Shown here: piece after piece, positions 42,638 to 52,517 of the stretch
Position numbering within the stretch: position 1 is the first letter of the stretch
Layout: each line of letters opens with the position of its first letter
Source of the DNA: an uncultured bacterium
GTDB taxonomy: Bacteria; Bacillota_I; Bacilli_A; RF39; UBA660
DNA length: 64,000 bases
Assembly: GCA_949295285.1 (NCBI GenBank)
Contig: CASFKI010000054.1
Span: 2,383-66,382, forward strand
Direction of reading: 5' to 3'
Position numbers and translations under genes: made by a program
The notes under the pieces: generated by a model
What the model was told of the DNA's origin: nothing
Database searches by the model: none
Seen by the model: the letters and a program-made list of their open reading frames with translations, nothing else

Positions 42638-43045
42638 CTATCTTTTATTAATAAAAAAATTTGATAATTCCTTACTAAAATCTATATATTCATAGCATTC
42701 CATTTTTTTATAAATTGCAGTATTATTTATGTTTTTATTTTTATTTAATATATAATATATATTTTTTATTCTTGCTTCGTTTATAACTTCTTTACACATA
42801 TTACATGGATATAAGGAAACATATAATTCACAATCATTTAAATTATATGTTTTTAATTTTTTAGCCGCTTTTTGTATTGCTAATATTTCCGCATGAGCAA
42901 AAGGATTATTTTTTTTATTTTTTTTATTGTAAGCACTTGCAATAATTTTTTTATTTTTTACTATTATGCAAGAGACGGGTACATCATTGTTTTTTAGTGC
43001 TTTTTTATTTAATTTTTTCATTTTTTTTATTATTTTATTTTTCAT
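42638..43045 (-). CDS. tadA: tRNA-specific adenosine(34) deaminase TadA
   Basis: HAEILAIQKAA and PCNMCKEVI zinc motifs; start placed at MKNKIIKK with RBS GAGGAAAAA (the ORF track shows a GTG-extended version). Confidence 0.85.
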   Translation of the reverse strand: MKNKIIKKMKKLNKKALKNNDVPVSCIIVKNKKIIASAYNKKNKKNNPFAHAEILAIQKAAKKLKTYNLNDCELYVSLYPCNMCKEVINEARIKNIYYILNKNKNINNTAIYKKMECYEYIDFSKELSNFFINKR

Positions 43046-43053
43046 TTTTTCCT

Positions 43054-43136
43054 CAAAAAAAGTGCACACGAGAACAAATTTTAAGGCTGCTATTTTCCAA
43101 TCCTGACCTGATTCAATTTATTTTCGTTGCACAACT
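43054..43136 (-). ncRNA. ffs: signal recognition particle RNA (small 4.5S-type, ffs/scr); ends approximate
   Basis: - strand reads ...GTGCAACGAAAATAAATTGAATCAGGTCAGGATTGGAAAATAGCAGCCTTAAAATTTGTTCTCGTGTGCACTTTTTTT; matches SRP domain IV consensus CAGGTCAGG...GGAA...AGCAGCC; terminal helix GTGCA/TGCAC followed by a U-tract. Confidence 0.6.
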
Positions 43137-43196
43137 ATATATTATAAAAAAATATAACAAATTGCAACTATTTTTTAATTTTTAAAGTATATATAT

Positions 43197-43237
43197 AATA
43201 ATGTTTCACGTGGAACATTATTATTATATTTTTATTT
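43197..43237 (+). repeat. copy 1 of a ~40-bp hairpin element (AATAATGTTTC-ACGT-GGAACATTATT then TATATTTTTATTTTT)
   Basis: 11-bp stem with 4-nt loop, CACGTG core, T-rich tail; 39 of 40 nt identical to copy 2. Confidence 0.7.
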
Positions 43238-43250
43238 TTCTATCAATTTT

Positions 43251-43264
43251 ATTTCCCGGGAAAT
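43251..43264. other. perfect 14-bp palindrome ATTTCCCGGGAAAT between the two hairpin copies
   Basis: Read directly; GC-rich core stands out in a ~20% GC intergenic region. Confidence 0.7.
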
Positions 43265-43299
43265 ATTTTTTGTACTTATTATATAATATTATATTATTT

Positions 43300-43337
43300 A
43301 TGTTTCACGTGGAACATTATTATTGTATTTTTATTTT
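43300..43337 (+). repeat. copy 2 of the ~40-bp hairpin element
   Basis: ATGTTTCACGTGGAACATTATTATTGTATTTTTATTTTT. Confidence 0.7.
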
Positions 43338-43387
43338 TTTTATTTGTATTATTTTTAAAAAATTAATATAAAAAAGAAAATAATATA

Positions 43388-45874
43388 TTAATTGTTTTCT
43401 AATTGATCTGATTCTTGCTCTTCTTCTTTGTCAACGATAGAAATAGCAGCAACCTTATTTTCATCTTTAAGATTAATTAATTTAACTCCTTTAGTAACTC
43501 TACCCATTTGAGAAATAGAATTAACATCCATTCTTATAATGATACCATTAGCAGTTATTACCATTAAATCCTTTTCATTATCTGTTGATTTAAATCCTAC
43601 AACTTTACCATTTTTTTCAGATAAATTAATTGTTTTAACTCCTTTACTTCCACGTTTAGTTTCTCTATATTCTTCTATTGGAGTTTTTTTACCATAACCA
43701 TTTTCTGTAACAACTAATAATAATTTTCCAGGTTCTGATATTTCAGTACCAACACATATATCTCTATTTAAATTTATACCTCTAACACCAGATGCTGTTC
43801 TTCCCATAATTCTAATTTCATTTTCATCAAATCGAACCATTCTACCATTTGAAGAACACATAAGCACCTTACTATCTCCATTTGTCAATTTAACTGATAT
43901 TAATTCGTCATCATCTTTTAATGTTATCGCAATCTTTCCAGTTTGACGTATATTTATAAATTCTTCAAATTTAGTTCTTTTTATTAAACCATTTTTAGTA
44001 CTTAAAAGCAAACATTTGTTTATATCGCTGTTGTTTACTTTAAGCATAGTATTAACTTTTTCATCTTTATCTAATTGTAATAAATTAATTATTGGTAAAC
44101 CTTTACCAGTTCTAGAATATTCTGGAATATTATATCCTTTTAATCTATATACTTTACCTTTGTTTGTAAAAAATAATATATAATCATGTGTATTTACAGA
44201 TAATAAATGTTCAACATAATCCTCTTCTGTTGTTGTTATTCCTTTAATTCCAACTCCTCCTCTATGTTGAGATTTATACAAATTTTTTGCAATTCTTTTT
44301 ATATAATTTTTATTTGTTAATGTAATCATTACATCTTCTTGAGGAATTAAAGCTTCATCTTCAATATAATCAACAGCTGTCATATCAATAGTAGTTCTTC
44401 TCTTATCACTAAATTTATTTTTTATTTCTAACATTTCTTTCTTGATTATATCTAATACTTTTTGTTCAGAAGCAAGTATAGATTTTAATTCATCAATTTC
44501 TTTTAATAATTCAGAAAGTTCTAATTCAATTTTTTCTCTTTCTAAACCTGTTAATCTTCTCAATTTTAATTCTAGAATAGCTTCTGCTTGTATTAAATCA
44601 AGTCCAAATCTAGAAATTAAATTATTTTTAGCTACATCATCTGTTTTAGCAGCTTTGATAATTCTAATAACTTCATCAATATGATCTTGAGCTATTTTAT
44701 AACCATTTAATATATGAACCCTTTTTTCATCCTTTGCTAAATCAAATCTAGTTCTTCTAATTATTACTACTTTTTGATGATCAATATATTTAGAAATTAT
44801 ATCTTTTAATCCCAATGTTTTAGGAGTTAATCCATCTAACATTAAAAATATAATTCCATAATTGACTTGAAATGAAGTATGTTTATATAAATTATTTAAA
44901 ACTACTTGTGGATTTGCATCTCTTTTAAGGGTAATTGTTATTTTTAATCCATTTTTTAAATCTGTATGATAATCTGAAATTCCTTCTATTATTTTATTAT
45001 GGACTAATTCACCTACTTTAGTTTTTAATTCCATAGTATTAACGCCATATGGAACCTCTGTTATTACTATATTATTATGACCATTTGATTCTTCAATTGT
45101 TGCTCTACTTCTAATAGTAATACTACCTCTTCCAGTATCATATGCTTTTTTTATACCTGAATTTCCTAATATTATTCCACCAGTTGGAAAATCAGGTCCT
45201 TTTATATATTCCATTAATCCAAGTGTATCTATCTCTGGATTATCAATATAAGCAATACATCCATCAATTACTTCTCCTAAATTATGAGGTGGAATATTTG
45301 TTGCCATACCTACTGCAATTCCAAGAGAACCATTTACTAATATATTTGGAAACCTAGATGGTAAAACTTTTGGTTCTTTTCTTGTAACATCAAAATTATC
45401 AGACATATCGACAGTATCTTTGTTTATATCCCTTAATAATTCTAACGAAATTTTTGATAATCTTGCTTCTGTATAACGATAAGCTGCAGCCCCGTCCCCT
45501 TCTATATTACCAAAATTTCCATGACCATCTATTAACATATATCTTTGATTGAAATCTTGTGCTAAACGAACCATTGCCTCATAAATTGAACTATCACCAT
45601 GTGGATGATAATGACCCATTACATTACCAACAGTTGTAGCTGATTTTCTATGAGGTTTATCTGGTGTGTTTCCTTCTTCATACATTGACCATAATATTCT
45701 TCTATGAACAGGTTTTAAACCGTCCCTTAAATCTGGAATGGCACGTGAAGTAATAACACTCATTGAATAATCTAAAAAAGAACTTTTTACTTCTTCTACT
45801 ATATTATTTACATCATGACTATCTCTTTCATGAAAACTACCACTATACTCATCATTAATATTTTCTTCTTCCAT
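43388..45874 (-). CDS. gyrA: DNA gyrase subunit A
   Basis: 828 aa; AAMRYTEARL with active-site Tyr; QRDR region GKYHPHGDSSIYEAMV; C-terminal beta-pinwheel repeats. Confidence 0.95.
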   Translation of the reverse strand: MEEENINDEYSGSFHERDSHDVNNIVEEVKSSFLDYSMSVITSRAIPDLRDGLKPVHRRILWSMYEEGNTPDKPHRKSATTVGNVMGHYHPHGDSSIYEAMVRLAQDFNQRYMLIDGHGNFGNIEGDGAAAYRYTEARLSKISLELLRDINKDTVDMSDNFDVTRKEPKVLPSRFPNILVNGSLGIAVGMATNIPPHNLGEVIDGCIAYIDNPEIDTLGLMEYIKGPDFPTGGIILGNSGIKKAYDTGRGSITIRSRATIEESNGHNNIVITEVPYGVNTMELKTKVGELVHNKIIEGISDYHTDLKNGLKITITLKRDANPQVVLNNLYKHTSFQVNYGIIFLMLDGLTPKTLGLKDIISKYIDHQKVVIIRRTRFDLAKDEKRVHILNGYKIAQDHIDEVIRIIKAAKTDDVAKNNLISRFGLDLIQAEAILELKLRRLTGLEREKIELELSELLKEIDELKSILASEQKVLDIIKKEMLEIKNKFSDKRRTTIDMTAVDYIEDEALIPQEDVMITLTNKNYIKRIAKNLYKSQHRGGVGIKGITTTEEDYVEHLLSVNTHDYILFFTNKGKVYRLKGYNIPEYSRTGKGLPIINLLQLDKDEKVNTMLKVNNSDINKCLLLSTKNGLIKRTKFEEFINIRQTGKIAITLKDDDELISVKLTNGDSKVLMCSSNGRMVRFDENEIRIMGRTASGVRGINLNRDICVGTEISEPGKLLLVVTENGYGKKTPIEEYRETKRGSKGVKTINLSEKNGKVVGFKSTDNEKDLMVITANGIIIRMDVNSISQMGRVTKGVKLINLKDENKVAAISIVDKEEEQESDQLENN

Positions 45875-45883
45875 ATAAACCTC

Positions 45884-47803
45884 CTATATATCTAAATTTT
45901 CTACAAATTCAGCATTTTGTTCTATGAATGCCTTCCTTGGCTCTACATCATCACCCATTAATTTTTCAAATATTGCATCTGCCATAACACAATCATCAAC
46001 TGTTATTTTTCTTAGGACTCTTTTATTTATATCCATTGTTGTTTCATTTAATTCTTCAGCATCCATTTCACCTAAACCTTTCATACGTGCAATTTCTGCT
46101 TTTGCTCTTACATTTTCTGGTAAAGAAGCTAAATATTCATCTTTTTCTTTTTTATCCAATGCATATTTTCTAGTTTTTCCATGCATAATTCTAAACAATG
46201 GAGGTTGTGCTGCATAAACATGTCCAGCTTGAACAATAGGCTTAAAAAATCTATAAAATAATGTTAATAATAATACTCTAATATGTGCTCCATCTACATC
46301 TGCATCAGTCATTATAATTATTTTATCATACCTTAATTTACTTAAGTCAAAATATTCACCAATTCCAGTACCAAAAGCAGTAATAATTGACTTAATTTCT
46401 TCATTTCCTAGTGCCTTATCTAATCTAGCTTTTTCAACATTTAATATTTTACCTCTTAAAGGCAATATTGCTTGTGTCATCGAATCTCTACCCTTTTTAG
46501 CAGATCCACCGGCAGAATCTCCCTCGACTATAAATATTTCAGATATAGTTGGATCTTTACTTTTACAATCAGATAGTTTTCCAAATGAATTTGTTATTGT
46601 TAAATCACTTTTTCTAGTCGCTTCTCTTGCTCTTTTAGCAGCCATTCTTGCATTTCTTGCTAATATTGACTTATTAATTATTATTTTTGCTGTATCTGGA
46701 TTTTCTAATAAAAATTGTTCGAATCCTTCTGAAAATACGCTATCCGCAAGATTTTTAACTTCTGAATTTCCTAATCTTCCCTTAGTTTGACCTTCAAATT
46801 GAGGATTTGGATGCTTACATGAAATAATCATTGTAATTCCTTCTTTTACATCGTCCTCTTTTAAATTTTCATCTTTATCTTTTAATAAATTGTTTTTTCT
46901 TGCATAAGAATTGACAACTCTAACTAAAGCTCTTTTAACACCATCTTCATGAGTACCCCCATCATGTGTATTAATGTTATTAACAAATGAATAAATATTA
47001 TCATTATAACCTGAATTGTATTGTAATGCTACTTCGAATATTATTCCATTTTTTTCACCAAATAAATGAATAATATTATCATGTAAAACTGTTTTTCCTT
47101 GATTTATAAATTTAACATATTCACTAATTCCACCTTCATATAAAAATATATCTCCCTGTGTATCTTCTTCATCTCTATCATCTCTTAGTGTTAATCTTAA
47201 TCCTTTATTTAAAAAAGCTAATTCACGTGTTCTAGTTTTTAATATTTCATAATTATATATATCAGTATCAAATATTTCAGGATCTGGTTTAAATGAAACA
47301 GTAGTTCCTGTTCTATTTTGTTCACAAGTTCCTATTTCAACTAATTTTTGAACAGTTTTTCCACCATTTTCAAATTTTGTTTCATATATTTTGCCATCTT
47401 TATAAACTGTAACTGTTACCCATTTAGAAAGTGCATTAACAACAGAAGCTCCAACACCATGTAAACCACCAGATACTTTATATCCACTACCACCAAATTT
47501 CCCACCAGCATGTAATACTGTATATACAGTTTCAACTGTAGAAATTCCAGTTTGAGGGTGTATTCCAACAGGAATACCTCTACCATTATCCTTAACGGTA
47601 ATGGAATTATCTTTATTAATGACTATTTCTATATTATTACAATAACCTGCTAAAGCTTCATCAATTGAATTATCTACAATTTCCCAAACTAGATGATGCA
47701 ATCCTTTCACATCAGTAGTACCAATGTACATTCCTGGTCTTTTTCTAACAGCCTCTAATCCTTCTAACACTTGTATTTCTTTTACTCCATACTCATCATT
47801 CAT
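45884..47803 (-). CDS. gyrB: DNA gyrase subunit B
   Basis: [28 protein letters not shown] ATPase, Toprim EGDSAGG; start placed at MNDEYG (the ORF track extends 6 codons further). Confidence 0.95.
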   Translation of the reverse strand: MNDEYGVKEIQVLEGLEAVRKRPGMYIGTTDVKGLHHLVWEIVDNSIDEALAGYCNNIEIVINKDNSITVKDNGRGIPVGIHPQTGISTVETVYTVLHAGGKFGGSGYKVSGGLHGVGASVVNALSKWVTVTVYKDGKIYETKFENGGKTVQKLVEIGTCEQNRTGTTVSFKPDPEIFDTDIYNYEILKTRTRELAFLNKGLRLTLRDDRDEEDTQGDIFLYEGGISEYVKFINQGKTVLHDNIIHLFGEKNGIIFEVALQYNSGYNDNIYSFVNNINTHDGGTHEDGVKRALVRVVNSYARKNNLLKDKDENLKEDDVKEGITMIISCKHPNPQFEGQTKGRLGNSEVKNLADSVFSEGFEQFLLENPDTAKIIINKSILARNARMAAKRAREATRKSDLTITNSFGKLSDCKSKDPTISEIFIVEGDSAGGSAKKGRDSMTQAILPLRGKILNVEKARLDKALGNEEIKSIITAFGTGIGEYFDLSKLRYDKIIIMTDADVDGAHIRVLLLTLFYRFFKPIVQAGHVYAAQPPLFRIMHGKTRKYALDKKEKDEYLASLPENVRAKAEIARMKGLGEMDAEELNETTMDINKRVLRKITVDDCVMADAIFEKLMGDDVEPRKAFIEQNAEFVENLDI

Positions 47804-47807
47804 CTTC

Positions 47808-48887
47808 TCACACCCTTTCATCTAAATTATATATTTTGGCTTTTTTTATAATATTTTTGTTAATATTTTTTAAATCAGTTGTAGTAATAAATATTTGCAT
47901 ATTTTTATTTAATGATTTGAATATATTATTTCTATTTTTTTCATCTAATTCACTAAATAAATCATCAAGTAACAATATTGGTTTTATTTCATAATTATTA
48001 ATAAATATTTCAACTTCTGATAATTTCATAGCTAAAATTATTAATTTTTGCAATCCTTGAGAACTAAATTCTTTTGCATTAAATCCACTATGTATAAATT
48101 CATAATCATCTCTATGAATTCCAAAAGAAGTCATTCCTATATTTATTTCTTTTTTTCTATTTTTTTTGAGCAATTTAATTATTTTTTCTTTATCATTAAT
48201 AGAATAATCTGAAATATATTCTATTTTCAAATTATTATTTTTAACATATTTACTGAAAATATTATTAATATTTTTATTAATATTTTCAATATATTTTTTT
48301 CTATAATAGTAAATTTTTAAACCTTCTTCGACTATTTTTTCATCAAGAATATCTAAATATCTAATATCTAATGTATTATTAACAAGTAATTTTTTTAAGT
48401 AATCATTTTTATTTTTAATCAACAAATTATAATTATTTAAAAAATAAATATATTCTTTATGAAGTTGAGATATTTGAATATTTAAATAATTTCTTCTAAT
48501 AGTCGGTGAAGACTTAATTAATTTTAATTCGTCCGGTGTTAATAAAATTACTCTATATTGCGATATAAATGTACTTAATTTTTTTTGAGGTTTAGAATTT
48601 ATCTTTGTTTTTTTTCCATTTTTATCTAAAAAAACTTCTAAATTTTTTTTAATTCCATAATCAAAATAATTTATTTTTAATCTAAAATAATTTTCATTTG
48701 ATTTAATAATTGATAATTCATTATTAGTTTTAAAAGATTTTGCTAAACTACCTAAATAAATTGCTTCTATTATAGATGTTTTACCTATTCCATTTTTCCC
48801 TATAATAATGTTTAAATTTGAAAAATTATCAAAAATTTTCTTTTCATAATTTCTAAAATTATTTAGTTCTATTTTGGTAATATTCAT
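47808..48887 (-). CDS. recF: DNA replication and repair protein RecF
   Basis: [12 protein letters not shown]...[18 protein letters not shown] Walker A; signature and Walker [12 protein letters not shown]. Confidence 0.9.
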   Translation of the reverse strand: MNITKIELNNFRNYEKKIFDNFSNLNIIIGKNGIGKTSIIEAIYLGSLAKSFKTNNELSIIKSNENYFRLKINYFDYGIKKNLEVFLDKNGKKTKINSKPQKKLSTFISQYRVILLTPDELKLIKSSPTIRRNYLNIQISQLHKEYIYFLNNYNLLIKNKNDYLKKLLVNNTLDIRYLDILDEKIVEEGLKIYYYRKKYIENINKNINNIFSKYVKNNNLKIEYISDYSINDKEKIIKLLKKNRKKEINIGMTSFGIHRDDYEFIHSGFNAKEFSSQGLQKLIILAMKLSEVEIFINNYEIKPILLLDDLFSELDEKNRNNIFKSLNKNMQIFITTTDLKNINKNIIKKAKIYNLDERV

Positions 48888-48989
48888 TTTAAACCTCATA
48901 AATCCCCTTTTTTTAAATTTTTATATTTAAGCAGTACACCTACTCACTAATAAGATTATATCACAAAAATGATAATAAAAAAAGATAAT

Positions 48990-49451
48990 TTAATTATTAT
49001 CTTCTTTTTTTACTACTCTTTCATTTAATAAATATTTTAGTCTTGTTGCTCTCAAAATTTGATTTGTTAATGAACCAATTGAAATATTAAATTCTAGTGT
49101 TGTTCCATCTTTAAAAATAATAGCAGATTTTTTATTATTAGTTTTAAAATACTTCTCAATTTTTTCAAGATTAATCCAAATACAATCTATATTTTCTGGT
49201 GAAGAAGTAGGAAAAAATATTATTTGCCTACTCTCTTCAACTATTATTGGTGACTTATGAGTAATACCAAGTATTTTTTTTGTACCTTCTTTTCTGCCTT
49301 CATATGAACTACCAAAATATTCACAACTATGTTCTAAAATTTTATGAGTATCAATATTTACTATATATTCATCTCCATTTTCAATTATCTTAGAACATCC
49401 TTTTCCAATTGGCAATATAACTTGTGTATCAGATGTTATTTCATATTGCAT
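48990..49451 (-). CDS. comK: ComK family competence transcription factor homolog
   Basis: CSKIIE, EYFGSSYEGRKEGT, ITHKSPIIV, IIFFPT, CIWI, NQILRATRL align in order with B. subtilis ComK (CSKIIE, FFGSSYAGRKAGT, HKPPIMV, IFLFPT, CGWI, NQVYRTAWL); start at MQYEIT with RBS GGGGG. Confidence 0.8.
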   Translation of the reverse strand: MQYEITSDTQVILPIGKGCSKIIENGDEYIVNIDTHKILEHSCEYFGSSYEGRKEGTKKILGITHKSPIIVEESRQIIFFPTSSPENIDCIWINLEKIEKYFKTNNKKSAIIFKDGTTLEFNISIGSLTNQILRATRLKYLLNERVVKKEDNN

Positions 49452-49477
49452 AGATATCCCCCCTTTCAAATAGATTG

Positions 49478-49530
49478 ATTGCTATATTAGCACAATATAT
49501 TTGTCAAATTTTGTCAAAATATGTCGAGTT
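49478..49530 (-). promoter_or_regulatory. putative sigma-A promoter of the comK-like gene with a tandem TTTGACAAA direct repeat
   Basis: - strand reads TTTGACAAAATTTGACAAATATATTGTGCTAATATAGC: -35 TTGACA, 17-bp spacer, extended -10 TGcTAATAT. Confidence 0.5.
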
Positions 49531-49534
49531 GGTA

Positions 49535-49575
49535 AATTTTTCCATAAAAAAAACTTATAAATGAATTTTATAAGT
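49535..49575 (-). terminator. Rho-independent terminator after dnaN
   Basis: - strand CTTATAAAATTCATTTATAAG followed by TTTTTTTT. Confidence 0.55.
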
Positions 49576-49584
49576 ATATTTTTT

Positions 49585-50703
49585 TTAAATTGTTTGAATT
49601 GGAAAAATTAATTGAATAAAATTATCATTATTTTCTTCTTTTAAAACAAATGGTTTAATTCCACTGTTTAATAGTATATAAATTTCTTCTTTATCAAACA
49701 TTTTTAATGCTTCTAACATATATTTAGAACTAAAAGATATATATATATTGTTGTTTGTAATATTATTTATTTCAATTTTTTCTTCTACTTTACCCATTTC
49801 TGTATTAGATGCTTTCATAATTAAATTATTATCTTTAATTTCTACATCAACAATATATTTTTTATTAGAACCTGTAAATAATGAAGCTCTATCTAATGTA
49901 TTATATAATTCTTTTAAATTAACTTTAACTTGATATTCATATTCTTTTGGAAAAATATTTTCTAACTGAGGATAATTACCATTAAGTAATGAAGATTGAA
50001 AAATAATATTATCTAACTTAAATATTACTTTATTACTAAAAACATGTATTTCTAAATCAGTATCATTATTTAATATCTTAACAAATTCATTGATATTTTT
50101 TGCTGGTATAACAATATTTATATTATCCATATATATTTCATTTAAATTTAAATTTATTTTTGAGATTCTATATGAATCAGTAGCTACACATTCAAATGAA
50201 TTCCCTTGAATTTTAATATTAACACCTGTTAATACAGGATTGCTTTCTTGTAATGAACAAGCAAAAGTTGTTTTATTTATAATTTCTTTAAATACATTAC
50301 TAGATATTTTTATTGGATTTTTTACTTCCTCTAAACTAATATTAGGATAATCTTCAACCATATAGCAGTTAAAATTATAAGTAGAATTTTGAGTTTTAAA
50401 TGATACTTCATTATTTTCAAAATTTTCAATTAATATATCATTATTATTAATTTTTCTAATTATTTCTAATAAAGTTTTACCATAAATTATTGAACAACCA
50501 GTTTCTTCTATATTTTTTATATATTCTTTATCTATATAGTATTGGATAGTTATATCATTATCTGTAGCTGTAAGATAAAGACCATTTTCTTTTAAATCAA
50601 ATTTTATACAATTTAATACTGGTATAATATTTCTTGTAGATAAAGCTCTACTAACTGCATTTAATCCTTCTATTAAAACATTTTTTTCTATTAACAATTT
50701 CAT
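49585..50703 (-). CDS. dnaN: DNA polymerase III beta subunit (sliding clamp)
   Basis: MKLLIEKNVLIEGLNAVSRALSTRNIIPVLNCIKFDL; 372 aa; follows dnaA. Confidence 0.93.
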   Translation of the reverse strand: MKLLIEKNVLIEGLNAVSRALSTRNIIPVLNCIKFDLKENGLYLTATDNDITIQYYIDKEYIKNIEETGCSIIYGKTLLEIIRKINNNDILIENFENNEVSFKTQNSTYNFNCYMVEDYPNISLEEVKNPIKISSNVFKEIINKTTFACSLQESNPVLTGVNIKIQGNSFECVATDSYRISKINLNLNEIYMDNINIVIPAKNINEFVKILNNDTDLEIHVFSNKVIFKLDNIIFQSSLLNGNYPQLENIFPKEYEYQVKVNLKELYNTLDRASLFTGSNKKYIVDVEIKDNNLIMKASNTEMGKVEEKIEINNITNNNIYISFSSKYMLEALKMFDKEEIYILLNSGIKPFVLKEENNDNFIQLIFPIQTI

Positions 50704-50834
50704 AATATTTCCTCCTTATTATATATATTATTATTAATATTAGATGTTAATAATGTTGATAACTTATTTATGTTAAGTTCTTACCTTATTATATTTATTT
50801 TTTTATTTTGTTAATATGTTAATAACTATACAAA
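50704..50834. other. oriC part 2 (dnaA-dnaN intergenic): DnaA-box-like 9-mers and AT-rich unwinding region
   Basis: gaTGTTAATAATGTTGATAActt and tTGTTAATATGTTAATAActa (TGTTGATAA is one mismatch from TGTGGATAA); AT run tatatttatttttttattttg. Confidence 0.6.
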
Positions 50835-52229
50835 TTATTCACAAATTTTTTCTTTTAATATTTTAATTTCTTCTTGTAATTTATTATTTGTTTTTAATTC
50901 TTCATTTATTTTTTCTCTAGAATAAATTATAGTTGAATGATCTCTTCCCCCCATTTCTAATCCAATTCTCTCTAAACTTTCATCTGTCATTAAACAACTT
51001 AGATATATAGCTATTGATCTAGCCATAACTACATTTTTATTTCTCATTTTTCCTTTAATCATTGCTGATTCTAAACCATAGTATTTTGCTACTACATCTA
51101 TTATTTTAGCAATTGAATTTGTCCTATATATAACTTTTCCAACATATTCTTGTAGAGCATTTTGTGCTACTTCTAATGTAATTTCGTCAACATTAAGAGT
51201 AATTTTATATGCAAATAATCTAAGTACAGAATTTTCTAAATTTCTAATATCATTTCCACAATTATTAGCAATATAATCGATTACATCTTCATTTAATCTT
51301 GGAAAATCATTTAACATTACTTTTTTTCTTATAATATTCTTTTTTAATTCTAATTCAGGTGGATTAATTGATTCTGTAAGTCCCCAACCAAATCTAGTTT
51401 TTAATCTATCTTCTAAATATTTATAATCATTTATTGATGTGTCAGAAGCAATTATTATTTGTTTCTCATTATCATATAATGAATTAAAAGTATTAGTAAA
51501 TTCAATTTGAGTTTTAGTTGCTTTTTCTAAAAATTGAATATCATCAATCATTAATACATCTACATTTCTATATTTTTCTCTAAAAGCTTCCAAATAAGTT
51601 ATATTATTATTGTTTTTATTTTTTGCATTAACTATAGAAACATAATCATTAATAAATTGTTCAGATGTTATATATAAAACTCTTTTATCAGAATGTGAAA
51701 CTATATAATTTCCAATAGCATGCATTAGATGAGTTTTTCCAAGACCACTTTTAGCATATATGAAATATGGATTATACATTTTTCCAGGATTTTGTGCAAC
51801 CGAAAGAGCTGTTCCATATGCTAATCTATTAGATTCTCCAACAACAAATGTATCAAAAGTATATTTTGGATTGAAATTACTTTCATATTTGTAATTTGTT
51901 ACTTCATCAAAATTATTATCAAATTTTTCTATTGATTTGTTTTTTAAATTTTCTTCATACTCTTTAATTTCATCTGGTAATAAATATTCTATATTACAAG
52001 AATCATTTGTTATATCATTAACAATTTCTTCAACAATCTCACCATAACAATTCTTAATATTTTGTAAATATAATTCATTATTGTTATTATTTTCTGGTAA
52101 AACAATGATTAATTTGCTATCTTTATAAGAATATAAATTAAGTTCTTTAAAAAGGCAGTTAAATGTTATAGGAGAAACTCGTTTACTTATTTTTAATAAC
52201 AATTCATTCCATAGTTCTTCTTTTGTCAT
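50835..52229 (-). CDS. dnaA: chromosomal replication initiator protein DnaA
   Basis: NPYFIYAKSGLGKTHLMHAIGN Walker A, box VII, C-terminal HTH; 464 aa. Confidence 0.95.
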   Translation of the reverse strand: MTKEELWNELLLKISKRVSPITFNCLFKELNLYSYKDSKLIIVLPENNNNNELYLQNIKNCYGEIVEEIVNDITNDSCNIEYLLPDEIKEYEENLKNKSIEKFDNNFDEVTNYKYESNFNPKYTFDTFVVGESNRLAYGTALSVAQNPGKMYNPYFIYAKSGLGKTHLMHAIGNYIVSHSDKRVLYITSEQFINDYVSIVNAKNKNNNNITYLEAFREKYRNVDVLMIDDIQFLEKATKTQIEFTNTFNSLYDNEKQIIIASDTSINDYKYLEDRLKTRFGWGLTESINPPELELKKNIIRKKVMLNDFPRLNEDVIDYIANNCGNDIRNLENSVLRLFAYKITLNVDEITLEVAQNALQEYVGKVIYRTNSIAKIIDVVAKYYGLESAMIKGKMRNKNVVMARSIAIYLSCLMTDESLERIGLEMGGRDHSTIIYSREKINEELKTNNKLQEEIKILKEKICE

Positions 52230-52505
52230 AAAACCATCCTTTCTAAAACACTTACACCAATATTATAAATCAACTTTTTATAATGTCAAAATAAAAAAAT
52301 ATATTAACATTTATATTAACAACTAACTCACAAATTGTAAACAATTTTTTCAATTAAATAGATACTAATTTTAAAGTTATTAACATTTTCAACAAATTAA
52401 CATTTTTAAAATAATATTATGTTAATAACTTGTTAATAAGTTAACATAAAATGTTAAAATACTGTTAATAAGTTAACATAAAATAAAAAATATGTTAAAA
52501 TTAAA
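52230..52505. other. oriC part 1 (upstream of dnaA): about 12 copies of TTAACAT/ATGTTAA-containing 9-mers, including a twice-repeated 22-mer tGTTAATAAGTTAACATAAAAT
   Basis: Repeated ATGTTAATAACTTGTTAATAAGTTAACATAAAATGTTAAAATACTGTTAATAAGTTAACATAAAAT...; TTATTAACA is one mismatch from relaxed DnaA box TTATNCACA. Confidence 0.6.
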
Positions 52506-52517
52506 ATGGTGTTAAAT

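Noticed and set aside
43070-43387. Possible CRISPR-like or tandem repeat array in the tadA-gyrA intergenic region
   Set aside because: There are only two copies of the 40-bp element with a non-repetitive 60-bp spacer and no cas genes. It is better described as paired hairpin terminators or operators.
49470-49530. ComK K-box (AAAA-N5-TTTT) autoregulatory sites in the comK-like promoter
   Set aside because: I could not find a convincing AAAA-N5-TTTT dyad pair. Only the TTTGACAAA tandem repeat is reported.
50835-50843. TTATTCACA, a perfect match to the relaxed DnaA box TTATNCACA, near the end of dnaA
   Set aside because: It is the reverse complement of the last dnaA codons (tgt gaa taa) and lies inside the coding sequence, so it is not counted as an origin box. 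The intergenic TGTTAATAA-type repeats carry the oriC call.
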